Shown: in pieces, positions 39,740-50,066 of the stretch
How the letters are laid out: each line of letters opens with the position of its first letter
Position numbering within the stretch: the stretch's first letter is position 1
NCBI GenBank assembly: GCA_030390025.1
Contig: CM059438.1
Span: forward strand, 56,732,001 to 56,796,000
Reading direction: 5' to 3'
From: Squalus acanthias
Taxonomy: Eukaryota
DNA: 64,000 bases
The notes under the pieces: generated by a model
Databases searched by the model: none
What the model saw: the letters and a program-made list of their open reading frames with translations, nothing else
Told to the model about the DNA's origin: nothing
Position numbers and translations under genes: made by a program

Positions 39740-41375
39740 ATAGAATCAGAATGATACAGCACAGAAGATGGCCAATAAGCCCATCATGGCTGTGCCGGCT
39801 TTTTAAAAAGAGCTTTCCAATTAGTTCCACTCCCCTGCTCTTTCCCCACAGCCCTACAATTTTTTCCCCTTCAAGTATTTATTCAAGTTATTATTTAATC
39901 AGCTTCCACCACCCTTTCAGCAGTGCATTCCAGATCATAACACCTCTCTGCGTAATTTTTTTCCCTCATGTCACCTCTGGTTCTTTTGCCAATCACCTTA
40001 AAGCTGTGTCCTTTGGTTACCGACTCTTCTGCCACAGGAAACACATCAAAACTATTCATGATTTTGAACAACTCTATCAAATCTCACCTTAATCTTCTCT
40101 GTTCCAAGGAGAGCAAACCTAGTTTCTCTAGTCTTTCCATGTAACTGAAGTCTTTCAACCCTGATACCGTTCCAGTAAATCTCCTCCGCACCCTCTCTAA
40201 GGCCTTGACATCTTTCCTAAAGTGTGGTGCCCAGAATTGGACACAATACTCCAGCTGGGGCCTAAACCAGGGTTTCATAAAGGTTTAGTATAACTTCCTT
40301 GCTTTTGTACTCTGCCTCTATTAATAAAGCCAAGAAACCCACATGCCTTTTTACAAGACTTCTCAAATTGTCCTGCCACCTTCAAAGATTTGTGTACATA
40401 CACCACCCCACCCCCCACCCTCTCTGTTCATGCACCCACTTTAAAATTGTACCATTCAGTTTATATTGCCTCTCCTCATTCTTCCTACCAAAATGAATCA
40501 CTTCACACTTCTGTCCATTAAATTTCATCTCCCATTTTACCAGTCTATCTATGTCCTCCTAAAGTCTGAGAAGTCGCACAACACCAGGTTGTGCGACTTC
40601 TCATTTTTGTCCACCCCAGTCCAACACCGGCATCTCCGCATCATGACTCCTAAAGTCTGTCACTATCCTCCTCATTGTTTACTACATTTCTGAGTTTCGT
40701 GTCATCTGCAAACTTTGAAATGATGCCCTGTATACCCAAGTCCAGGTCATTAATATATATCAAAAACAGCAGTGGTCCCAACACCGACCCCTGGGGAACA
40801 CCACTGTATACTTGCCTCCAGTCTGAAAAACAACCGTTCACCACTACTCTCTGCTTTCTGTCCCTTAACTTATTTTATATCTATGCTGCCACTGCCCCTT
40901 TAATCCCATGGAGATTCAGTTTTTCTAACAAGCCTATTATGTGCTACTTTATCAAACGCCTTTTGAAAGTCCATATACACAACATCAACTGCACTACCCT
41001 CATCAACCCTCTCTGCTACTTCATCAAAGAACTCACTCAAGTCACTCAAACATGATTTACCTTAAACAAACTCGTGCTGGCTTTCACTTAATAACCCATA
41101 TTTTTCCAAGTGCCAATTAATTTTGTCCCTGATTATTGTCTCTAAACATTTCCCACCACCGACGTTGGGCTGACTGGCCTGTAGGTGCCGGGATTTATCC
41201 CTCTCCCCTTTTTTGAACAGGGGTGTAACATTTGCAATCCTCCAGTCCTCTGGCACCACCCTCATATCCAAAGAGGATTGGAAGATTGTGGCCAGAGCCT
41301 CTGCAATTTCCACCCTTACTTCCCTCAGCAATCTAGGATGCAACCCATCCGGACTGGGTGACTTTTCTACTTTGG
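39740..41375 (-). mobile_element. Degraded 5'-truncated CR1
   Basis: [31 protein letters not shown] peptides. Confidence 0.88.
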
Positions 41376-42939
41376 GTCTCGCCCCCTCCCTATCTAAAAC
41401 GTATTTACAGCACAGAAACAGGCCAATTGGCCCAACAGGTCTGTGCCGGTGTTGATGCTCAACACGAGCCTCCACCCGCCCTTCCTCATCTAATCCCATC
41501 AACATATCCTTTTATTCCTTTCTCCCTCATGTGCTCACCGAGCTTCCCCTTCGATGCATCTATGCTATTTGCCTCAACTACTCCTTGTGGTAGAGAGTTC
41601 CACATTCTAACCACTCTTTGGGTAAAATAGTTTCTCCTAAATTCCCTATTGGATTTATTAGTGACTATCTTATATTTATGCCTCTGGTTCTGGTCTCGCT
41701 TGCAAGTAGAAACATCTTCTCTACCTCTGCCCTAACAAACCCTCTATCGGGTCACCCCTCAGTCTTTTTTTTTTAAAGAGGAAAGAGCTCCAGCCTGCTC
41801 AGTCTTTCCTGGCAGGTATAACCTCCCCGTTCTGGTATCATTCTAGTAAATCTTTTTTGCACATTCACCAGAGCCTCTATGTCCTTCTCAAAATATGGAG
41901 TCTAGAACTGTTCACAGTATTCCAAGGGTGGTCTAACCAAGGTTCTATAAAAGTTTAACATAACTTCTCTGCTTTTTAATTCTATCCCTCTAGAAATGAA
42001 CACCAGTGCTTTGTTTGCTTTATTATGGCCTTATTAACGTGTCACTACGTTTAGTCATTTGTAAATCTGCACCCCCAGATCCCTCTGCTCCTCTACCCCA
42101 AGTTAGACTCTTATTTTCCAAGGAGTAGGTGGCCTCCTTATTCTTCCTACCAAAATGTACTACCTCACACTTACCTATATTGATGTTCATTTGCCAATTA
42201 CATGCCCATTCTGCAAGTTTAATAATATCTTCTTGTATTTTGTCACAGTCCTCCTCTGGATTAACTACACCCACCCAATTTGATGTCATCTGCAAATTTT
42301 GAAATTGTACCTCCAGTTCCCGAGACCAAATGGTTTATGTAAATGGTGAACAACAGTGGTCCCAGCACTGATCCTTGTGGAACACCACTTCCCACCATTT
42401 GCCAATCTGAGTAACTACCTTTAACCCCTACTCTCTGTTTGCTGTTTTGTAGCCAGCTCGCTATCCATTCTGCTACTTGTCCCGACTCCACATGCTCTGA
42501 CCTTAGTCATGAGTCTACTATGCGGTACCTTATCAAAGGCTTTTTGAAAATCCAAATAGATTACATCTACTACCTTACCCTGTCTACTCTTTCTGTTACT
42601 ACTTCAAAGGATTCAATAAGGTTGGTCAAGCATAACCTTCCCTTTTTGAAATCCGTGCTGACGACTCTATTATAAATTATTCAGTTGCTAAATGTGTTTC
42701 TATTACATCTTACATAAGAACATAAGAAATAGGAGCAGGAGTAGGCCAATTGGCCCCTCGAGCCTGCTCCGCCATTCAATAAGATCATGGCTGATCTGAT
42801 CCTAACTGCCAATCTACTATCACAGAACCATCTCCTGAACCTAACAGAACTGGACACATGAAATAGGAGCAGGATCAGGCTACACGGCCCCTGGGCCCGC
42901 TACGCTACCCACAGGGCCATGACCGATCCGAACCTAGAC

Positions 42940-45891
42940 TCATGTCCAAATTCCTGCCCGCTCCCCGTAACCCTTAATTCCCTTTACTTCTAGGAAACTG
43001 TCTATTTCTGTTTTAAATTTATGTAATGATGTAGCTTCTACAGCTTTTTGGGGCAGCATATTCCATGGACCTACCACCCTCTGAGTGAAGTAGTTCCTTC
43101 TCATCTCAGTTTTGAAAGAGCAGCCCCTTATTCTAAGACTATGCCCCCTAGTTCTAGTTTCACCCATCATCGGGAACATCCTCCCCGCATCCACCCGATC
43201 CAACCCCTTCACAATCTTATATGTTTCAATAAGATCGCCTCTCATTCTTCTGAACTCCAATGAGTAGAGTCCCAATCTACCCAACCTCTCCTCATATGTC
43301 CATCCCCTCATCCCCGGGATTAACCGAGTGAACCTTCTTTGTGCTGACTCGAGAGCAAGTATGTCTTTTCTTAAGTATGGACACCAAAACTGTATGCAGT
43401 ATTCCAGGTGCGGTCTCACCAATACCTTGTACAACTGAAGCAATACCTCCCTATTTTTATATTCTATCCCCTTAGCAATGAAAGCCAACATTCCATTGGC
43501 CTTCTTAATCACATGCTGCACCTGCATACTAACCTTTTGAGTTTCGTGCACCAGGACCCCCAGATCCCTTTGTACTTCAGTACTTTCCAGTTTCTTGCCA
43601 TTTAGATAATAACTTGCTCTACTATTTTTCCTGCCAAAGTGCATAACCTCACACTTTCCAGTATTGTATTCCATCTGCCAAATCTCTGCCCACTTACTTA
43701 GCCTGTCTATGTCCCCTTGCAGATTTTTTATGTCCTCCTCACTCACTACTTTCCCTCCCATCTTAGTATCATCTGCAAACTTTGATATGTTACACTCGGT
43801 CCCCTCCTCCAAATCGTTAATATAGATTGTAAAGAGTTGGGGACCCAGCACTGACCCCTGCGGAACACCACTAGTTACGGATTGCCAGTCTGAGAATGAA
43901 CCATTTATCCCAACTCTCTGCCTTCTGTTAGATAGCCAATCCTCTATCCATGCCAGAATATTACCCCCAATTCCGTGATTTTTTATCTTAAGCAATAATC
44001 TTTTGTGTGGCACCTTGTCAAATGCCTTTTGGAAGTCTAAATACACAACATCCACTGGTTCCCCTTTATCCACCCTGTGTGTTACTTCCTCAAAGAACTC
44101 CAGCAAATTTGTCAAACATGACTTCCCCTTCATAAAACCATGCTGACTTTGTCCTATTAAATTATGATTATCCAAATGTCCCGTTACTGTCTCCTTAATA
44201 ATGGACTCCAAAATTTTACCTACCACAGATGTTAGGCTAACCGGTCTATAGTTTCCAGCCTTCTGTCTACTGCCCTTTTTAAATAAGGGTGTTACATTAG
44301 CAGTTTTCCAGTCTGCCGGGATCTTTGCTGAGTCCAGAGAGTTTTGGAAAATTATTACCAATGCATCCACAATCCCTACCGCCACTTCCCTCAAGACCCT
44401 AGGATGTAAGCCATCAGGTCCAGGTGATTTATCCGCCTTGAGTCCCATTATTTTACCGAGTACCACTTCCTTAGTGATTTTGATCGTGTTTAGCTCCTCC
44501 CCCCCTATAGCCCCCTGTTTGTCCAGTGTTGGGATATTCTTAGTGTCCTCTACTGTAAAGACTGATACAAAATATTCATTCAGTGTATTTGCCATCTCCA
44601 TATTTCCCACCATTAATTTCCCGGTCTCATCCTCTAAGGGACCAACATTTACTTTAGCCACCCTTTTTCTTATTATATAACTATAAAAACTCTTACTATC
44701 TGTTTTTATATTTTTTGCTAATTTACTTTCATAATCTATCTTCCCTTTCTTAATCAATCTTTTTGTTATTTTTTGCTGTCTTTTAAAGTTTTCCCAATCC
44801 TCTATCCTCCCACTAGATTTGGCTACCTTATAACCCCTTGTTTTTAGTCGAATACTATCCTTAATTTCTTTACTTAGCCACGGATGACTGTCTTTTCTTT
44901 TACACCCTTTTCTTCTCAGTGGAATATATTTTTTTTGGAAGTTGTAAAATAACTCCTTAAATGTACACCACTGATCATGTATCGTCTTACCCTTTAATCT
45001 ATTTTTCCAATCCACTCTACTCAATTCCGCTCGCATACCTTCATAGTCTCCTTTATTCAAGCTTAGCACGCTTGTTTGAGATCCAACCTTCTCACCCTCT
45101 AATTGAATATGGAATTCAACCATGTTATGGTCACTCATTCCAAGGGGATCCTTTACTAGGACATTTTTAATTAATCCTGTCTCGTTACACAGGACCAGAT
45201 CTAAGGTTGCTTGCCCCCTGGTCGGTTCAGTTACATACTGCTCAAGAAACCCATCCCTAATACACTCAATGAACTCATCCTCAAGGCAGCCCTGCCCAAT
45301 TTGATTTGTCCAATTAATATGATAGTTAAAATCCCCCATAATTATAGATGTTCCCTTATTACAAGCCTCAACTATTTCCCAATTGATACTCCGTCCAACA
45401 GAGTTGCAACTATTCGGAGGCCTATAGACTACGCCCACCAGTGTTTTTTTCCCCTTATTATTCCTTATCTCCACCCAAACTGTTTCATTATCCTGATCTT
45501 TTGACCCAATATCATTTCTCTGTATTACAGTGATTCCTTCCTTTATTAACATAGCCACCCCACCTCCCCTTCCTTCCTGCCTGTCCTTCCTGATCGTTAA
45601 ATAACCTGGTATGTTTAATTCCCAGGCATTGTCACCCTGCAGCCATGTTTCTGTAATGGCCACAAGATCATACTCATATGTAGTTATTTGTGCCATTAAC
45701 TCGTCTATTTTGTTACGAATGCTACGTGCATTCAGATAGAGAACTTTCAAATATGTTTTGTGACACTTAGTTCCTGCTTTTGCCCTTTTTATTACTTCAC
45801 CTTTTACTCCATACCTTCTGCCCCTTCCTGACACACTCTGGTTTTTAATTTCCCCACTGCTACCTAAGTCTATGACCTTCTCTGTTGTCAT
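42940..45891 (-). CDS. CR1 ORF2: APE endonuclease-reverse transcriptase, intact 983 aa
   Basis: YLNARS, ITETWL, GDFN and SDH endonuclease motifs; QGSVLGP and FADD RT motifs; no stops. Confidence 0.95.
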   Translation of the reverse strand: MTTEKVIDLGSSGEIKNQSVSGRGRRYGVKGEVIKRAKAGTKCHKTYLKVLYLNARSIRNKIDELMAQITTYEYDLVAITETWLQGDNAWELNIPGYLTIRKDRQEGRGGGVAMLIKEGITVIQRNDIGSKDQDNETVWVEIRNNKGKKTLVGVVYRPPNSCNSVGRSINWEIVEACNKGTSIIMGDFNYHINWTNQIGQGCLEDEFIECIRDGFLEQYVTEPTRGQATLDLVLCNETGLIKNVLVKDPLGMSDHNMVEFHIQLEGEKVGSQTSVLSLNKGDYEGMRAELSRVDWKNRLKGKTIHDQWCTFKELFYNFQKKYIPLRRKGCKRKDSHPWLSKEIKDSIRLKTRGYKVAKSSGRIEDWENFKRQQKITKRLIKKGKIDYESKLAKNIKTDSKSFYSYIIRKRVAKVNVGPLEDETGKLMVGNMEMANTLNEYFVSVFTVEDTKNIPTLDKQGAIGGEELNTIKITKEVVLGKIMGLKADKSPGPDGLHPRVLREVAVGIVDALVIIFQNSLDSAKIPADWKTANVTPLFKKGSRQKAGNYRPVSLTSVVGKILESIIKETVTGHLDNHNLIGQSQHGFMKGKSCLTNLLEFFEEVTHRVDKGEPVDVVYLDFQKAFDKVPHKRLLLKIKNHGIGGNILAWIEDWLSNRRQRVGINGSFSDWQSVTSGVPQGSVLGPQLFTIYINDLEEGTECNISKFADDTKMGGKVVSEEDIKNLQGDIDRLSKWAEIWQMEYNTGKCEVMHFGRKNSRASYYLNGKKLESTEVQRDLGVLVHETQKVSMQVQHVIKKANGMLAFIAKGIEYKNREVLLQLYKVLVRPHLEYCIQFWCPYLRKDILALESAQRRFTRLIPGMRGWTYEERLGRLGLYSLEFRRMRGDLIETYKIVKGLDRVDAGRMFPMMGETRTRGHSLRIRGCSFKTEMRRNYFTQRVVGPWNMLPQKAVEATSLHKFKTEIDSFLEVKGIKGYGERAGIWT

Positions 45892-45929
45892 TTTTATTAT
45901 TTGCTCTCTAGGAACCTCCCCCCCACTAG

Positions 45930-46883
45930 TTAGTTTAAAGCCCTCTCTGCAGCCCTAGTTATATGATCCGCCAGGACTCTAGTCCCAGCACTGGCCAAGT
46001 GAAGCCAGTCCCAACGGAACAGCTCCCTCCTGTCCCAGTACTGGTGCCAGTGTCCCAGGAAGCAAAACCCATTTCTCCCACACCAGTCTTTGAGCCACTC
46101 ATTTAACTCTCTAATTTTATTTGTCCTAGCCAAATTCGCTCGTGGCTCAAGTAATAATCCAGAGATTATTACCCTTGAGGTTCTGTTTTTTAATTTGACC
46201 CCTAGCTGCTCATACTCCTTTAACAGAACCGGCTTCCTTGTCCTATCTACGTCGTTTGTACCAACATGGACCATGACAACTGGATCCACCCCCTCCCACT
46301 GCAAGTTTCTTTCCAGCCCAGAGGAGATGTCCTTAACCCTGGCACCGGGCAGGCAACACAGCCTACGGGACTCTCGCTCTCGGCTGCAGAGAACTCTAAC
46401 TATCCCCCTAATAATACTATCCCCTACCACTACAACATTTCTATTTACTCCCCCCTCTTGAATGGCCCCCCGTTCCATGGTGCTGTGGCCAGGTTGCTCA
46501 TCCTCCCTGCAGTCCCTGCTCCGGTCCCCACAGGGAGTAAGAACCTCGAACCTGTTGGACAAGAACAAGGGCTGCGGCTCCTCCAACACTACCTCCTGGA
46601 TCCCCGTACCTGCCTCACTCGTAGTCACACCGTCCTGTCCCAGACCATGGGCTACATCTGAATTAATTAACTTCATAGGTGTGACCACCTCCTGAAACAC
46701 AGAGTCCAGGTACTTCTCCCCCTCCCTGATGTGTCGCAGTGTCTAAAGCTCAGACTCCAGCTCATCAACACGGAGCTGGAGTTCCTGTAGCAGCAGACAC
46801 TTGTCACAGATGTAATCACCGTGAGCCTCAATGGGGTCCACCGGCTCCCACATCTCGCAACAGTAACACATCACCTGCGCCAT
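45930..46883 (-). pseudogene. CR1 ORF1 (zinc finger/coiled coil + SGNH esterase) with one premature stop
   Basis: MAQVMCYCCEMWE...CDKC; TAG at 46743-46745; VVVGDS, HVGTND, LHL motifs. Confidence 0.85.
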
Positions 46884-47172
46884 TCTATGTAATTCATTAA
46901 AAAAAATTATTGTTAGTTGTGGACACTCTCTGCCCGATTATAGATGCTAGTATCCCCTCTAATTAATTGGATTTAAATTAAATCAATCCCTCTAAATTAC
47001 ACCAGTTAAATGGTTTACCAACAGTCACTCTGCACCAGAAAGGCCTTATTAACTACAACCCAGAGTTAAAGTTTGAAAAGAGCACCGTACACTCCACTCA
47101 CCCGAACTCACACTTACCCAAACTCAGCACTCTTTGCTGACTTGCACTCAGTCTTTGAGTAAAGATTTCATA

Positions 47173-47932
47173 GGCCCAAAAATTCGGCCGTTCCCGGGTG
47201 AGTACGCAGTGAGTACTCACCCGTATTGCTTTCCGAAGTGCAGGTTTCCTGCATGCATTGCGCATGCGCGGGAAACCGGAACTTCCGGTATGGTGAAGGG
47301 GGCGGTTCCTAGGTGAACCGTGTGCGCGGTAGAGGCTGCGCGCATGCAGCACACTTAGATTTTTTTTCAGGTTTCTACGCGAGGGTAAGTATTGAAGATT
47401 CTACGCTAATAAAAAGGAGGCGTAAGACCCCTTTTGAACAAGGTAAGTGGTTAATTAAGTATAATTATAAATTTTTTTCAACAGGTTTATCTTTTTTAGA
47501 TACTTTAAAGAAAGGTAAGTTTATTTTTATAACTTTTAAAAAGTATTTTAATTTTTTCAAAAATTTAAATTGTTTAAAGTGGTTAATTTATTTAACTATA
47601 GTTATTTTATAAAAGTGATTTTTAAAAAAAAATTTATTTTAAGTTTAGCTGTTCTTTTGGGGCCGATTTCAATTCACAGATTTGACAGGTCTCCTGTCAA
47701 ATCTATGAATGAAAGATGGTCTGCTGCCATTGGCTCTCCATGGCCCACATGATCCCAGGGGTCGCATCGCACTAACTGCGCCCCTGGAACACGCAAGCAC
47801 TGCGCGCCGGCTCTTGGGAGAGGCCCGGGACCCGAAGTTCCTGTGGGCCCAAAACACAACGGCAGGCGCGGTGGGTAAGAGCGCGCGCGATCCTTACCCC
47901 CGCGGCAAGCCGGCCACGCGAATTTCTAGGCC
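47173..47932. mobile_element. Non-autonomous TIR DNA transposon (PIF/Harbinger-like MITE)
   Basis: TIR GGCCCAAAAATTCG / GGCCTAGAAATTCG; 3-bp flanks ATA/ATT; CpG-rich arms, AT-rich core, internal hairpin. Confidence 0.75.
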
Positions 47933-49205
47933 ATTGTCTTTCCGACCAGCATTAAGCTAATTGGTCTATAGTTTCCTGGACTTGTTCTATGTCCCTTTTT
48001 ATATGTAGGAATCACATTAGCTGTCTGCCAGTTCTCTGGCACTATTCCTTTTTCTATTGAATTTTTATATATATGTAATAGTGCCTCTGCCATCTCTTCC
48101 CTAACCTCTTTTAATATGCGTGGATGCAATCCAGCCAGAACAGGGGTTTTATCCTCTCTAGTTTATCAATTATCTCCCCCCTTTCTAACTTAAATGTCTT
48201 CATATCCTTTTTGATCTCTTCTTCCAAAGTCATGCCCACCCTGTTAGTCTCCCTGGTAAATGATGAGGCAAAGTAATTATTCGATATTTCTGCCATTTTG
48301 CTGTCATTGCCCAAGAGTTTATCGTATTGCTCAGTGGCCCTATCACTATCCTGACTTTTATTTGGTTATTTATGTATCTGTGGAATACCTTATTATTTAT
48401 TATATTCCTTGATCATTTAATTTCGTAGTTTCTCATTGCCTTCCGAATTGTTTTTTGACTTCTTTCCCAACCTTTTCATATTCCTGGTCATCCTCTCCTT
48501 TATTGTCTATGTATTTAATGTCTGCCTTTTTCTTTCGTTTCAATTTTGCCCTTATTTCATTATTTATCCACGGTGTGTCATTACTGGCTAGTTTGTTCTT
48601 GCTTTTTATTGCGATATATTTCTCCTGGACTCCACTGATTCTGCCCCTCTGATGTTCCACCAGCAGTCGTTAACTCGCACTCCACTCACTCACCGGTCCA
48701 TGGCCCCGCTTCGAGCCGGTCTCTCTGGAGAGGAGACATCCTCCACCTCCTCAGTCTCCGCCGTTCCCTGATACTGGATTGTGATGCTGGCGAGCTCACC
48801 TGGCATAGAGACGCTCGCTGGCCCCGGAGGTGTGTGTCCGTGCTGGTACTCGGGTGAGGCGAGCCGGGTGGCTCTGACTCTGGGGATAGCCTGATGGTGG
48901 TGGGAGGTGGGGGGGTGCACTCCCAGGAACGAGCGAAGGTTTGCAGCTCTGGCGTTTCATCGCCCCCTCACTTGGCAGCTCAATGGGAACAAGTTGCATG
49001 ATAAAGCCAGAGTCCGCGTTCTGCAGCTCCTCCGGAAGCTCCTCCTCCCTCTCCCCCACCCTCGCCCCGAGGACTCTGGGCTCCATCAGCAGTAACATGG
49101 AGCTTCTCTCGGCTGTGGCCTCTGAGTCTGCTGTCACGCTCAGCACCAACATCGCACGCAAGGGAAACAGAGTCCAATCTCCAACCCAGTGCTACTTTTA
49201 TCCAT

Positions 49206-49211
49206 TTTATT
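49206..49211 (-). terminator. Candidate NDOR1 polyadenylation signal
   Basis: AATAAA on the minus strand ~300 nt after the stop. Confidence 0.55.
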
Positions 49212-49509
49212 TAATTAAATTGTAACGTTCAGTGTCCTCACGGTAGATTCTGGGTAACCAGTGATTTGATGGGACAATTTTGTGAATGATAAATTACATC
49301 ACTACATACAATCACCTTCCTTTCAGCACCTGTGAGTCAGAGTGAAAGGGGCCATCAGTGAGAGTCAGGGGTCGTAACCCAGGGTTGAAGGCCGTACCAT
49401 TGGACTGCACTCAGACACCTCATTCCAGAATGGGCAGGCTGTGCAGTCTGGGCTTCGAGCCCGGTGCAACTGACGCACTGCTGGCTGTAACTGACGTATC
49501 CCGGGATGC

Positions 49510-49654
49510 TTAGGACCAGGTCTCTGTCTGGAATCGGCGGCATCGTTCCAGTTCCACAAGAAGGTGCTCGGACTCGGGATCAGAGAGGCCTCCGTCTGAC
49601 TGGAAAATAGACTTCAGGGAGTCCGTGACCTGCGTAGGCATCATCTTGGCATTG
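49510..49654 (-). CDS. NDOR1: NDOR1 last coding exon
   Basis: NAKMMPTQVTDSLKSIFQSDGGLSDPESEHLLVELERCRRFQTETWS-TAA; C-terminal ETWS. Confidence 0.97.
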
Positions 49655-50066
49655 CTGTGGGAGAGAGCAAACAGAATGACACTGACTGGGAGAAGAGTCA
49701 CAGAAAAGCAAAAATAATTCAAACAACGAGCTGTCTCCATTGAGTGAAATTGACGATGGCCGAGAAAAACACAAAAAACAGTCAAGACTGTTTGGCTCTG
49801 GCCCCGAGAACCTTAAAGCGAAGGCTCGAGCTGCTGGATAGTGAGAATGTGCCGACGCTACCAAATGAAGACAGTTAGTAACAGAGATGTTTGAAGGATG
49901 AGTTATTTTCACCCATCTCGAGCATTGCAGCATGGATCTGTAGCTGCAACACTGTGGAGAACATTGAGGTGTAAAGAATCATCTTGGGCAGGAGCGCAAA
50001 CACGCGACTGCAAATCGGCAACCCGCTTTACACACTGCCCGATTAACTTCTCCATCGACTGAGGAG

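Larger units (their letters stand above)
42712..47151 (-). mobile_element. Full-length CR1 LINE (ORF1 + ORF2 + 3' tail)
   Basis: 5' UTR, ORF1, ORF2 and (TTCTTATG)n tail; TCTT duplicated at 42708-42711 and 47152-47155. Confidence 0.92.
41400..48655 (-). mobile_element. Older degraded CR1 split by the two nested insertions (pieces ~41400-42711, 47152-47172, 47933-48655)
   Basis: RT peptide reads continuously across the gaps: NYRPISLMLVGKT-MKSLL-KDVIETHL...QHGFQKG. Confidence 0.85.
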
